A stretch of 64,000 nt of DNA from Spirochaetia bacterium (GTDB taxonomy: Bacteria > Spirochaetota > Spirochaetia > SZUA-6 > Bin103): the NCBI GenBank assembly GCA_965203055.1, contig OZ241863.1:2016001-2080000 (forward strand). The letters run 5' to 3'. The position numbers and the translations under genes were made by a program. The notes under the pieces are model-generated. The model did no database searches. It saw nothing but the letters and a program-made list of their open reading frames with translations, and was not told the origin of the DNA. Within the stretch, counting starts at the first letter, position 1. Each line of letters starts with the position of its first letter. Shown here one piece after another: positions 20,001 through 29,734 of the stretch.

Positions 20001-20173
20001 GCCAGCGGCGTCGCGGCGACGGCTGCCGGCGCCGCGGCGGCCGGCGGCTGCGCCTCGCTGAGGCGGAACGGCGGCTCTCCGGAACCCTCCAACGGCTGCC
20101 CGGCGGCGCCGGCCGCGCTACCGAGCGCCGCCGCCATGCCCATCACCCGTAATGCGCACCGAAAGGAGACCAT
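14094..20173 (-). CDS. Bacterial alpha-2-macroglobulin family protein, split by one frameshift near 19700
   Basis: Thioester motif YPYGCSEQ, DRRLYRPGE, VQEFRRPEF, PDNLTRYR, PRFLNFGD, EEMYAPE. The N-terminal signal and YPRG...VTFNQPLVALG segment lies in another frame and joins by adding one base at 19697-19706. Confidence 0.88.
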
Positions 20174-20264
20174 GCCATCGCATCGGACGCGGCAGCCTAT
20201 CACAGCGGGTCTGTTTGTGGACCAGACCAGACGGAACGGTTATGGTAGAGTCGAGGTCAGCGGT

Positions 20265-20813
20265 ATGAGTGCGGAGGCGGTCGTCGCCCTGGTCAGCGTA
20301 GTGGTGGTGTTGCAGGTAGCGGTTGCGGGCTTCATGTGGCGCAACTTGAGCAACCAGATTAGCGCCCTCAAGTCCGATCTGGAGAAGCAGATCGGCGCCG
20401 TCAAGTCCGACCTCGGCACCGTCAAGACCAGCCTGGAGGACCAGGCCGGCACTCTCAAGGCCGACCTGGAGAAGCAAATCGGCGCCGTCAGGACCGACCT
20501 CGGCACCGTCAAGACCAGCCTGGAGGACCAGGCCGGCACTCTCAAGACCGACCTGGAGAAGCAGATCGCCGCCGTCAAGACGGACCTGGAGAAGCAGATC
20601 GCCGACTCCGCGGCGCGCGCGGAGCAGGCGCATGCCCGGATCGAGAGCAACATCAGGGATACCGAGAATCGCTTGACGGCCCGCATCGACGGGCAGACCG
20701 AGCGCATTGACGCCTTGCACCGAGACCTGCGCGGGCTGGGCGAGCGGATCGCCAGAGTCGAGGCCGGCCAAGACGCCGAACAAGCGGTAGCTACCGGAAG
20801 CTACCCGCCGTAG
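20265..20813 (+). CDS. Membrane-anchored coiled-coil repeat protein (DUF1640/apolipoprotein-like)
   Basis: N-terminal hydrophobic helix VVALVSVVVVLQVAVAGF followed by KSDLEKQIGAVKSDLGTVKTSLEDQAGTL repeats and an ERIARVE end. Confidence 0.7.
   Translation: MSAEAVVALVSVVVVLQVAVAGFMWRNLSNQISALKSDLEKQIGAVKSDLGTVKTSLEDQAGTLKADLEKQIGAVRTDLGTVKTSLEDQAGTLKTDLEKQIAAVKTDLEKQIADSAARAEQAHARIESNIRDTENRLTARIDGQTERIDALHRDLRGLGERIARVEAGQDAEQAVATGSYPP
20367..20603 (+). repeat. 87-bp (29-aa) coding tandem repeat, two full copies plus partial units
   Basis: CCGA(T/C)CTGGAGAAG recurs at 20374, 20461 and 20548, followed by a shorter 33-bp unit. Confidence 0.9.
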
Positions 20814-20894
20814 CGCGCGCCGGGACAGACAGACGCCGCCGCGGTTGGCCGGCCGGCGGCGGCGTGCTATTCTCCGCGCCGCGGAGGCGGGGCC

Positions 20895-21782
20895 CTGAAC
20901 ACCTATCATCAGAAGCGCATGCTGGCCGGCTACCTGTTCATCTCGCCGTGGGTGATCGGCTTCCTGGTGTTCGTGGTGGGCTCGCTGCTGGCCTCCCTGT
21001 TCCTCAGCTTCACCAACTGGAACGCCCTCTCCCGGCCGCAGTTCATCGGCCTGCGCAACTACGCCAAGCTGTTCCTGGACGACCCGCTGTTCTGGAAGTC
21101 GGTCAAGGTCACCGCGCTCTATTCGCTCAGCATCCCTCTCAACCTCGTGTTCGGGCTGCTGATCGCGGTGCTGCTCAACCAGAAGATCAAGGGACTCGGC
21201 CTGTTTCGCACCATCTACTACCTGCCGAGCGTGATCGTCGGCGTGGCGGTGTCGTTGCTGTGGGTGTGGATCTTCAACCCCCGCTTCGGCGTGTTCAACC
21301 TGTTTCTGGCGCAGGTATTCGGCATCGAAGGGCCGGCCTGGCTGGCCGACGAGACGTGGGTGATTCCGGCGCTGATAATCATGAGCCTGTGGGGCGTCGG
21401 CGGGCCGATGCTGATCTACCTGGCGGCGCTGCAGAACGTTCCCACCTCCTACTACGAGGCGGCGATCGTCGACGGCGCCAACGCCTGGCAGCGCTTTCTG
21501 CGCATCACCGTGCCGATGATCTCGCCGGTAATCCTGTTCAACCTGATCATGGGCATCATCCAGTCGTTCCAGGTGTTCACGCCGGCCTACGTGATGACCG
21601 AGGGCGGCCCCAACCACGCCAGCCTGGTGTACGTGCTGTACCTGTACCGGCACGCGTTCCAGTGGTACCGCATGGGCTACGCCGCGGCGCAGGCCTGGAT
21701 TCTGTTCGTCATCATTCTCGCCATGACCCTGATCGTGCTGCGCTCGTCGGCCGCCTGGGTGTACTACGAGTCGCGGAAGTAG
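20895..21782 (+). CDS. Carbohydrate ABC transporter permease 1
   Basis: GYLFISPW, FIGLRNY, EAA loop YYEAAIVDGAN, ITVPMISP. Start is either CTG 20895 (GGAGG 7 nt upstream) or ATG 20919. Confidence 0.93.
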   Translation: MNTYHQKRMLAGYLFISPWVIGFLVFVVGSLLASLFLSFTNWNALSRPQFIGLRNYAKLFLDDPLFWKSVKVTALYSLSIPLNLVFGLLIAVLLNQKIKGLGLFRTIYYLPSVIVGVAVSLLWVWIFNPRFGVFNLFLAQVFGIEGPAWLADETWVIPALIIMSLWGVGGPMLIYLAALQNVPTSYYEAAIVDGANAWQRFLRITVPMISPVILFNLIMGIIQSFQVFTPAYVMTEGGPNHASLVYVLYLYRHAFQWYRMGYAAAQAWILFVIILAMTLIVLRSSAAWVYYESRK

Positions 21783-21787
21783 CCGGC

Positions 21788-22657
21788 ATGTCGAGCGTAA
21801 CGCTGGTCCGCTACCATGAACGACAGTCGGTGCGGCGGCGCATCACCCTGGCGTTCGTCTACTTGGCGCTGGGCGCGGGCGCCGTCGTGATCCTGGCGCC
21901 GTTCGTGTGGATGCTGTCCACCGCCCTCAAGGTGCCGGGCACCGAGTTCGTCTATCCGCCGCAGCTCTTCACCAGGCCGCTGCACTGGGCCAACTTCAGC
22001 AACGGCTGGACCGCGCTGCCGTTCACGCGCTGGTTCTTCAACACCGCGTTCATCACCCTGCTGTCGGTAGCCGGCGCCACCCTCTCGTCATCGCTGGTGG
22101 CGTACGGCTTCGCCCGCCTGGAGTTTCCGGGCCGCACCGTGCTGTTCGTGATCCTCCTGAGCACGATGATGCTGCCGTTCCACGTGCGCCTGATCCCGAT
22201 GTTCATCACCTTCCGCTACCTCGGCTGGATCGACACCTACCTGCCGCTGGTGGTGCCCTTCTTCTTCGGCGGCGTGCCGTTCTTCATCTTCCTGGTGCGG
22301 CAGTTCTTCCTGACCATTCCGCTGGAGATGGAGGACGCCGCGGCCATCGACGGCGCCGGCGTGTTCACCACCTTCCGGCGCATCATCCTGCCGCTGTCGC
22401 GGCCGGTGCTGGGGGTGGTGGGCGTCTTCGCCTTCATTCGGGTGTGGAACGACTTTCTGGAGCCGCTGATCTATCTCCACTCGATGGAGAAGATGACCCT
22501 GTCGCTCGGCCTGCGCTTCTTTCAGGATCAGGACTTCACCGACTGGACGCTGCTGATGGCGGTCTCCATCGTGGTGCTGATACCGAGTCTGGCGCTGTTC
22601 TTCGTGGCGCAGAAGTACTACATCCACGGCGTGGTCACCACCGGCATCAAGGGGTGA
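21788..22657 (+). CDS. Carbohydrate ABC transporter permease 2
   Basis: PFVWMLSTALK, AYGFARLEFPGR, EMEDAAAIDGA, WNDFLEPLIYL, GIKG terminus. Confidence 0.93.
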   Translation: MSSVTLVRYHERQSVRRRITLAFVYLALGAGAVVILAPFVWMLSTALKVPGTEFVYPPQLFTRPLHWANFSNGWTALPFTRWFFNTAFITLLSVAGATLSSSLVAYGFARLEFPGRTVLFVILLSTMMLPFHVRLIPMFITFRYLGWIDTYLPLVVPFFFGGVPFFIFLVRQFFLTIPLEMEDAAAIDGAGVFTTFRRIILPLSRPVLGVVGVFAFIRVWNDFLEPLIYLHSMEKMTLSLGLRFFQDQDFTDWTLLMAVSIVVLIPSLALFFVAQKYYIHGVVTTGIKG

Positions 22658-22744
22658 CGCGCGCACCGGCGCAGGCGGCCGCATCTCTGCGCAGGCCGCC
22701 CCGCGCCGGCGCGCTGTACCTTGCCTTAGCCTACCTGAAAAGCC

Positions 22745-24079
22745 CTAAAAGCCTTCCAGGATGTCGTTGGCCTGCTTCACGGTGTCGGCGATGGCCTGGT
22801 CCACGCTCTTGGCGCCGCGCACCGCGTTCTCCACCTCGGTGTCCATCACGTCATACGCGATGCGGTATGCGTTCGCTTGGCGCGGCACCAGCGGCGTGAT
22901 CGCCTTTTCGCCGAGCATCACGTCCAGGATCATGTCCACGTCGACGTAGCTCCACAGCTCGCGGAAGGTCGGCGAGTTGATCACGTCGATGTTGGGCGGC
23001 AGGCGGAACGGCAGGCCCAGATCGAAGCGCACCTGCCACGACTCCTCATCCACCAGGGAGGTGACGAAATCCCACGCCAGCAGTCGGTCGGGAGCGGTGA
23101 CCGAGATTCCGAGGCTGTTGCCGTCGGCCCACGCGGCGTGGCCGGCGGGACCGGCGGGAAACGGTACGATGCCCCACTCCCAACCTTCTTCCCAACGGAT
23201 GTGCCGCAGCATGATGGTGGCGGCGCTCTGGCGGCCGATCGCCACCTTGCCGGTATTGAACGAGATGCCGATGTCGCCCGCCTGCATCTCCGGCGGCGGC
23301 GCCACGTGGTGGACGCGCACCAGGTCGACCAGCAACTGCAGCGCCTCACGGGTTTCGGGGCTGTCCAAGGTGATTTCGGTGAAGTCCTCGTTGAACAGGC
23401 GCCCGCCGTGCGCCCACACGGTGGTCAATATCGGCACCGGGTTGTCGCCCATGTCCACCATGCCGTATTGATCGGGCGTGCCGTCGCCGTCTTCGTCGAC
23501 GGTCAGCGCCTTGGCTACCTCGATGGCGTTGGACCAGGTCCAGGCGCCGCGGTTGTACATCTCGATCGGCGTTTCCATTCCCGCTTCGTCGAACATCGTC
23601 TTGTTGTAGACGAGGATGTGGGCCGTGGCGTTGTAGGGAACGCCGGTGAGTTGGCCGTCGAAAATGAACTGCTTGTGCTGCGGGTAGTCGTCGATGTTGA
23701 AGTCGACGTCGCCCTGCACCAGTTCGTTCAGGGCGATGATGCGCTCGTTGGCCCACAGATTGGCGAACGGCGTCGGCCAACCGAAGATGATGTCGGGCGA
23801 CTGGCCGCCCGCTACCATGGTGTCCAGCTTCTCCTTGAACTGCGGAAACGGCACGATCAGCGGCTCGATGGTGTCGCCGGGATTGCGATCCTCCCAGCGC
23901 GCGATCAACGCTTCTTCCTGGGTGATGTCGTCAGCGCCGCCGAAGCGCAGGTAGGTCATGGTGATCGGTCCGCGCGCGTCAGCGGCGCCCTCCTCGGTAC
24001 CGGTGGCGTAGGCGGTGCCGGCGAGCAACCCGAACAGCAGCGCCGCGCCCAGCGCGGTCCGCATACTTGGTCGAAACAT
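22745..24079 (-). CDS. Carbohydrate ABC transporter substrate-binding protein
   Basis: AAGGAGG before ATG 24079. Signal peptide ending AYATGTEE; AGGQSPDI, LVYNKTMFDEAG, WTW, WGIVPFPAGP. Confidence 0.9.
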   Translation of the reverse strand: MFRPSMRTALGAALLFGLLAGTAYATGTEEGAADARGPITMTYLRFGGADDITQEEALIARWEDRNPGDTIEPLIVPFPQFKEKLDTMVAGGQSPDIIFGWPTPFANLWANERIIALNELVQGDVDFNIDDYPQHKQFIFDGQLTGVPYNATAHILVYNKTMFDEAGMETPIEMYNRGAWTWSNAIEVAKALTVDEDGDGTPDQYGMVDMGDNPVPILTTVWAHGGRLFNEDFTEITLDSPETREALQLLVDLVRVHHVAPPPEMQAGDIGISFNTGKVAIGRQSAATIMLRHIRWEEGWEWGIVPFPAGPAGHAAWADGNSLGISVTAPDRLLAWDFVTSLVDEESWQVRFDLGLPFRLPPNIDVINSPTFRELWSYVDVDMILDVMLGEKAITPLVPRQANAYRIAYDVMDTEVENAVRGAKSVDQAIADTVKQANDILEGF

Positions 24080-24210
24080 AGGTGATCCTCCTTGGGACGT
24101 AGCAATCGGGATTCTTGCGAACGCGAGCCAGTATTGGCGCGCCGGCGCGCCGGCGTCAACGAAGCGCGGCGGAGGATGGCGCCGGGCGGCGGGCGCGGCC
24201 GGCAGCGCTT

Positions 24211-24219
24211 TGCTATACT
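24211..24219 (+). promoter_or_regulatory. Extended -10 element, possible leaderless promoter of the sulfatase
   Basis: TGC-TATACT lies 8 nt before ATG 24228 with no Shine-Dalgarno in between. Confidence 0.5.
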
Positions 24220-24227
24220 CGACGCCG

Positions 24228-26156
24228 ATGAGCGAATCACGCACCGCCGGACGACCCAACATCCTCTGGATTTCGGTCGAAGACATCAATCCGCTGCTCG
24301 GCTGCTACGGCGACCGCTACGCCAAGACGCCCAACCTCGACGCCCTGGCCGCGGCCGGGATTCGCTACGCAAACGCCCATTCGATGGCGCCGGTCTGTTC
24401 CGCCTCCCGCTCCGCGATCATCACCGGGGTCGCCGCCGCGGCGCTCGGCACGCACCATCACCGCTCCACCGTCGCCGCCCCGCCGCACCTGCGGCTGCTG
24501 CCCGCCTACCTGCGCGAGGCCGGCTACTTTACCTCCAACTGCGTCAAGACCGACTACAACCTGGCCGGCACCGGGTCGCCGCGCACCGACGCGGCGGCGC
24601 CGCTCAGCGCCGCCGCCTGGGACGCCTGGAGCGGCGCCGCGCATTGGCGGCAGCGACGGCCCGGGCAGCCGTTCTTCGCGGTGTTCAACTACACCGAGTG
24701 CCATTCGTTCGTGACCAAGGATCCAGACGAGACGGTCGTCGCCGAACGCCTGACGCTGCTGCAGCCGAACGACTTTCACGACCCGAAGAAGGCGCCGCTG
24801 CCGCCCTATCACCCCGACCTGCCCGAGTTCCGCAAAGCCTGGTCGCGCTACTACGACGCGGTGACCCAGATCGACTACCACGTGGGGCGTCACGTCGCCG
24901 AGCTGCAGGCCGACGGGCTATGGGACGACACCATCGTCGTGTTCTGGGCCGACCACGGCACCGGCATGCTGCGCGCCAAGCACTGGCTGTGGGAGCAGGG
25001 CGATCACGTGCCGCTGATCGTCCGCTTTCCGCAGCGCTGGCAACACCTGGCCCCGGCGGCGCCCGGCGCGGTGGTGGAGGAGCCGGTCACCACGCTCGAT
25101 CTCACCGCCTCCACCCTGGCGCTGGCCGGCCTGCCGGTGCCGGATCACCTGCACAGCCGGCCGGTGCTGCGCGCCGGCGCCCGCCACCGCCCGTACGTGG
25201 TGACCGGCCGCGACCGCCTCGACACCCGCTTCGAGCTGGTGCGCGCGGTGCGCGCCCGCCGCTTCCGCTACCAGCGCAACTTCTTCCCGCACCTGCCCTA
25301 CTTTCCGTATGAGAACTCGATCTACTGGTCGGGCTATATCCGGGCCTGGGACCGTCTGGCGCGGCGCGGCGGGTTGCGCGGCCCGCAGCGCCAGATCGCC
25401 GCCCGCCGCAAGCCGTTCGAGGAACTCTACGACGGCGCCGCCGATACCTGGTTCGTGCGCGATCTGGTGCCCGCCGGCGAACACGACGAAGTGGTGGCGC
25501 GCATGCGCCGGCAGCTCTACGACTGGATGATCGAACACCGCGACCTGGGGTTGATCGACGAGCCGGAACTGCATGAACGCGCGGCCGGCGCGCCGCTGTG
25601 GCTGGTCGGCCAGCGCTGCGACGACTACGAACGGATTCTCGACACCGCCGATCTGAGCCGGCGCGGGCCGGAGCAGCGCGGCGAGTTGCTGCGCCGGAGG
25701 GCGGATCCCGACTCCGCGGCGCGCTTCTGGGCAATCACCGGACTGGTGATTCTGGAGTGCGCCGATCAGGCCGCGGTGGATGCGTTCGACGCGGCGCTGC
25801 AGGACCCCGCGGTGAGCGTGCGGATTGCTGCGGCTGACGGGCTGCTCCGGCTGCGCCGCTACGGCGCGGCCCTGCCGGCGCTGATCGCCGCGCTCGAACA
25901 CCCGCTGCCGGTGGCGCGCGGGCGCGCCGCCAACGTGCTCGACTCGCAGCCGCCCTCCGCCGCGGTCCACCTGCGCCCGGCGCTGGAACCGTTGCGCCGC
26001 GCCGCCGCTGCATTGGGCGGCGGCCTGCATGACGTGCAGTACCGGTTCCCGATGGAGCGCGCGGTGGCCGCCATCGAGGGCTCGACCGCCTACTACCGGT
26101 GGCCGGAGGCCGGCGCCGGCGGCGCGGAAGGAGGCCTGGCGGGCGCGGCGCGATGA
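24228..26156 (+). CDS. Sulfatase with C-terminal HEAT-like repeats
   Basis: PNILWISVED, TPNLDALA, formylglycine motif CSASR, KTDYN, ADHG, EELYD; C-terminal LQDPAVSVRIAAA HEAT-like segments. Confidence 0.92.
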   Translation: MSESRTAGRPNILWISVEDINPLLGCYGDRYAKTPNLDALAAAGIRYANAHSMAPVCSASRSAIITGVAAAALGTHHHRSTVAAPPHLRLLPAYLREAGYFTSNCVKTDYNLAGTGSPRTDAAAPLSAAAWDAWSGAAHWRQRRPGQPFFAVFNYTECHSFVTKDPDETVVAERLTLLQPNDFHDPKKAPLPPYHPDLPEFRKAWSRYYDAVTQIDYHVGRHVAELQADGLWDDTIVVFWADHGTGMLRAKHWLWEQGDHVPLIVRFPQRWQHLAPAAPGAVVEEPVTTLDLTASTLALAGLPVPDHLHSRPVLRAGARHRPYVVTGRDRLDTRFELVRAVRARRFRYQRNFFPHLPYFPYENSIYWSGYIRAWDRLARRGGLRGPQRQIAARRKPFEELYDGAADTWFVRDLVPAGEHDEVVARMRRQLYDWMIEHRDLGLIDEPELHERAAGAPLWLVGQRCDDYERILDTADLSRRGPEQRGELLRRRADPDSAARFWAITGLVILECADQAAVDAFDAALQDPAVSVRIAAADGLLRLRRYGAALPALIAALEHPLPVARGRAANVLDSQPPSAAVHLRPALEPLRRAAAALGGGLHDVQYRFPMERAVAAIEGSTAYYRWPEAGAGGAEGGLAGAAR

Positions 26157-26983
26157 AGCTGGCCCTGGTAGCCGACATTCACGCCAACCTGCCGGCCCTG
26201 CAGGCGGTGCTCGCCGACGTCGACCGCTGGCGTCCGGAGCAGGTGGTGGTGCTGGGCGACACGATCAACCGCGGGCCGCATCCCCGCCAGTGCTACGAGC
26301 TGATCCGCGCCCGCGCGGCCTCACCGGCGTGGCACGTGCTGGCCGGCAACCACGAGGATTACGTACTGCACGTGCACCGCCGGCCGCTGGCCGGGAACGA
26401 GCTGGCGGTACACCAGCATACCCACTGGACCGCGGCCCAACTCGCCGGCGCGGTGGCGCAGCTCGCGGCCCTGCCGGACCACCTCCACCTGGACCTGCCG
26501 CTCCCCGCCGGGCGGGCGGCGTTTACCCACGGCTCGCTACTCGGCAACCGCAACGGCATCTACCCCGACACCGAACCCGCCGAGCTGGCCGACAAGGTCG
26601 ACTCCCGCGCGGCGCTGTTCGGCGTCGGTCACACCCACCGCCCGTTGATCCGCAGCCACGGCGCCACCCTGGTGGTGAACGCCGGCTCGGTAGGGCTGCC
26701 GTTCGACGGCGACCGCCGCGCCGGCTACGCCCAGGCCACCGCGCGGCGCTCCGGGTGGCAGGTGGAGATCATTCGCCTCACCTACGACTGGAGCGCGGCG
26801 CGGCGCGCCTACGTGGCCGAGGGGTTCGTTACCGGCAGCGGCCCGCTGGCGCGGGTGATCGGCCGGGAACTGGAGACCGCGCGGCCGCTGCTGGCCGAAT
26901 GGACCAGGCGCTACCAGCGCCGGGTGCTGGAGGGCGAGCTGGCCATGGATCAGGCGGTCAACCAGTTTCTCGAAGCGTCATGA
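26153..26983 (+). CDS. Calcineurin-like metallophosphoesterase
   Basis: DIHAN, LGD, GNHE, THG, GHTH and NAGSVG motifs; ATGA overlap with the sulfatase stop. Confidence 0.92.
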   Translation: MKLALVADIHANLPALQAVLADVDRWRPEQVVVLGDTINRGPHPRQCYELIRARAASPAWHVLAGNHEDYVLHVHRRPLAGNELAVHQHTHWTAAQLAGAVAQLAALPDHLHLDLPLPAGRAAFTHGSLLGNRNGIYPDTEPAELADKVDSRAALFGVGHTHRPLIRSHGATLVVNAGSVGLPFDGDRRAGYAQATARRSGWQVEIIRLTYDWSAARRAYVAEGFVTGSGPLARVIGRELETARPLLAEWTRRYQRRVLEGELAMDQAVNQFLEAS

Positions 26984-27901
26984 GGCGGTCGGACGCGGGC
27001 GCCCGACCACGGCGACCGCGGCCGCCGGCAACCAGGCCCGGCGGCCGTCGGCCAACGCCACGTGGAACCAGTCATTGCGCTCCTCGATCACCAGCAACTC
27101 GGTGCCGGCGTGGAGCGGGCCGGCGAAGCTCGGTTCGTAACCCGCGCCGTCGCCGCGCCGCGCCGTGACCTCGGCGGCGACGATAACCGCCGCCTCGGGG
27201 GCGGGGCGCAACAACTCCACGGCGGTCGAAGCGCCGGCCGCGGCCGCCGCCAGGCCGGCGCCGGCCAGCACCGCCGCCGCGGCCCCGCGTCTGAGCCGCG
27301 CTCCCGGCCGCGCACCGGGCGCACTGGATTTCGCGGCCTGCTCGGAGCGGCCCAGCAGGCCGCGCAACGCCGGCGCCAGCGCCAGCAGCCAGAGGACGTT
27401 GACCGCTACCAGAAACAACGTGACCCGGACCCGCAGCGGCCACGCGTAGTGCCAGAAGAACACCAGCCGCAGCACGCTTCCTGAGGCCGCCGGGCTGATC
27501 CGGTCGCGGCGCAGGGCGCGCGCGTGGCGCAGGCTCTGCTGCAGATTGGGGTCGGCCGGAATGAGGCGCTGCGCCTCGCGGTAGTGGAGCACGGCGCGCC
27601 CCAGGTCGCCGAGGCGCAGGTAGGTGTTGCCGATGTTGTACAGCAGGAAGCCGTTGCCGCGGCCGAGCGCTGCCGCGGCGCGCTCGTAGCGCAGCAGCGC
27701 GGCGCGAAACCGCTCCTCGGCCGCCGCGGCGCGGCCCGCGCCGGCCAGCCCGATGGCGGCCGCGAAGTGCTGCTCCGCTTCGGCCAGCCACGCCGCCGGC
27801 GCCGATTCCGGCGCCGGCGCGGCGGCTGATTGCGCCGCGGCGGGCGCCGCCAGCCAGGCTCCCAGCAGCACCACCGGAAGCAGGCGTACGGCGCGGGTCA
27901 T
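26978..27901 (-). CDS. batE: BatE-like TPR + membrane + SH3 protein
   Basis: LLYNIGNTYLRLGDLGRAVLHY TPR, transmembrane segments, LHAGTE...W...AWLP SH3-like end; last gene of the Bat operon. Confidence 0.8.
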   Translation of the reverse strand: MTRAVRLLPVVLLGAWLAAPAAAQSAAAPAPESAPAAWLAEAEQHFAAAIGLAGAGRAAAAEERFRAALLRYERAAAALGRGNGFLLYNIGNTYLRLGDLGRAVLHYREAQRLIPADPNLQQSLRHARALRRDRISPAASGSVLRLVFFWHYAWPLRVRVTLFLVAVNVLWLLALAPALRGLLGRSEQAAKSSAPGARPGARLRRGAAAAVLAGAGLAAAAAGASTAVELLRPAPEAAVIVAAEVTARRGDGAGYEPSFAGPLHAGTELLVIEERNDWFHVALADGRRAWLPAAAVAVVGRPRPTAS

Positions 27902-29730
27902 CGGCGCGCGCTCCGTTCCGCCCGCTCCGCCCAGGCAGCCAGCCGTGCGCCGAGGCGGTCGGTCTCGGCGGCTGCCGCCGCGCCGTAACGGGCGGCCTCC
28001 AGCGCGGCGAACAGGGCGCGCAACTCCTCCAGCGCCGCCTCCTCCACGCCCCGCGCGCGCAGCAGGCGCGCGGCGCCGGCGAAGTCGTGGACCGCGCGCG
28101 CCGGCTGCAGGGAGTCGTTGAGGTAGGCGCGCAGCGCGGCGAGCAGGGCCGGCGGCGGCGCCTCGCTTCCCGCCGCGGCCAGGCTGCGGCGCAGCGCCGC
28201 CAGGGCCGCGCCGGGCCGGCGCGGGCGGGAGCGGCGCAGGAGCAGCGCCAGCCGCGCCGCGGCCAGCGCCAGCGGCGCGGCGAACAGCGCCAGCAGCCCG
28301 CCGGGGGAGGCGGCGAACGAGCGCACCGCGAAGCGCTGGTCGACCAGCAGCATCGGGCCGGCGTAGTTGTGCGCGATGCCCTCCCGGCGGCTCGCTACCG
28401 GCGCGCTCGGAGCCTGATCCGCGGCCGCCCCCTCCACGTCGCGCAGAGTGACCTCCCGGGTGGGGTGCACGGTGATCGGAATCGGCGCGCTGGCCAGCTC
28501 GGCGTAGCGCCCGAGCTCGGCGTCGAATACGTTGATGCGCACCGGCGGGATCGCCGTCACCTCCGGGTGCAGCGCGCGCAAAGTATGGCGCAGCGCGGCC
28601 CGCTGCGCGGTCAGGGCGGGCAGCGCGTCGGCGCTGACGCGAAACTCGCCAAAGCCGTCCATGGCGGTCAGGTCGGGCGCCCGCAGGCGGCGCAGGTCGC
28701 CGCGCCCGGCGATGGTCACCGTGAACTCCAACGGGTCGCCCACCTTCACCTCCAGCGGCGCCGCCTCGGCGGTCAGCTCGAAGCTCCCCACCAGGCCGCT
28801 GAACTCCGCCGGGCGCCCCGCCTCCGGCAGCGCCTTGACGGTGAGCGTCAGCTCGTTGGACGGCACGACGAAGCGCTGCCGCACCGGCTGGCGCACCGTG
28901 CGCCCGAAGAAGTCGCGTACGCGGCGGTAGCCGGAGACGCCGTCGAACACGACCGTGGCCGGCGCCACGCGGAGCGGTCCGGGGCGCTCGGGGAGCAGCG
29001 CCGCGGCAAAGCTCAACGTAGTGAACGGCTGCCCGTCGATGCGCGTCCGGCCCCAGTGCCAGCGCACGTCGCGCCCCGCTACCGGCAGCGACACCGGATC
29101 CTCCCGGCCGGCGGCGGGCGCCTGCGGCTCGTAGTCGAGGCCGTGCGCCGCGGCGTCATCCAGCAGCGGATGGCTGAGGCCGTGCACCCGCTCCGGCTCC
29201 AGCTCCGAGTTCCACATCCAGGTGGTGGTCAGCAGCACCGGCTCGCCGACCCACACCTGCTGGCGCTCCAGGCTGAGGCGCAGTCGATAGTCCGCGGTCT
29301 CCTGCGGCGCCCGCACTCGAATCGGTAGCGCCCTGGTGCGCTGCGGCTGCCCCGCAACCTGCAGGGTGAGCGCGGGAATGGTCAGGTCGCCGGCTTCGGT
29401 CGGGGTAAACTGGTAGTTGAGCACGTACCCCCTGGTCACCTCGCGCGTGGTGCGGCCGTTGATGGTGGTGATGATCTCGCTGTTGTTCGGGCCGCTGCCC
29501 AACGCGCGCACCGAGAAGCCGGCGATGACGCCGGGGTCCGGCGCGCTGACCTGATCGCTGCCCGCGACCACGATCCGCACGTGAAGCGGCTCGCCCACGT
29601 ACCCTTCGCTGCGCTCCACCTCGGCCTGCACGGTGACCTCCTGGGCACCGGCGGCCGCCGCCGCGGCGCAGGCCAACAGCACCCCCAGGAGGAGGCGCGG
29701 CGGAGCGGGCGCCGGGCGCCGGGCAAGCAT
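27898..29730 (-). CDS. batD: BatD family protein
   Basis: Signal peptide, repeated VGEP beta domains, VKALPEAGRPAEFSGLVGSF, C-terminal TM and ARY motif. Confidence 0.85.
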   Translation of the reverse strand: MLARRPAPAPPRLLLGVLLACAAAAAAGAQEVTVQAEVERSEGYVGEPLHVRIVVAGSDQVSAPDPGVIAGFSVRALGSGPNNSEIITTINGRTTREVTRGYVLNYQFTPTEAGDLTIPALTLQVAGQPQRTRALPIRVRAPQETADYRLRLSLERQQVWVGEPVLLTTTWMWNSELEPERVHGLSHPLLDDAAAHGLDYEPQAPAAGREDPVSLPVAGRDVRWHWGRTRIDGQPFTTLSFAAALLPERPGPLRVAPATVVFDGVSGYRRVRDFFGRTVRQPVRQRFVVPSNELTLTVKALPEAGRPAEFSGLVGSFELTAEAAPLEVKVGDPLEFTVTIAGRGDLRRLRAPDLTAMDGFGEFRVSADALPALTAQRAALRHTLRALHPEVTAIPPVRINVFDAELGRYAELASAPIPITVHPTREVTLRDVEGAAADQAPSAPVASRREGIAHNYAGPMLLVDQRFAVRSFAASPGGLLALFAAPLALAAARLALLLRRSRPRRPGAALAALRRSLAAAGSEAPPPALLAALRAYLNDSLQPARAVHDFAGAARLLRARGVEEAALEELRALFAALEAARYGAAAAAETDRLGARLAAWAERAERSARR

Positions 29731-29734
29731 GCGC

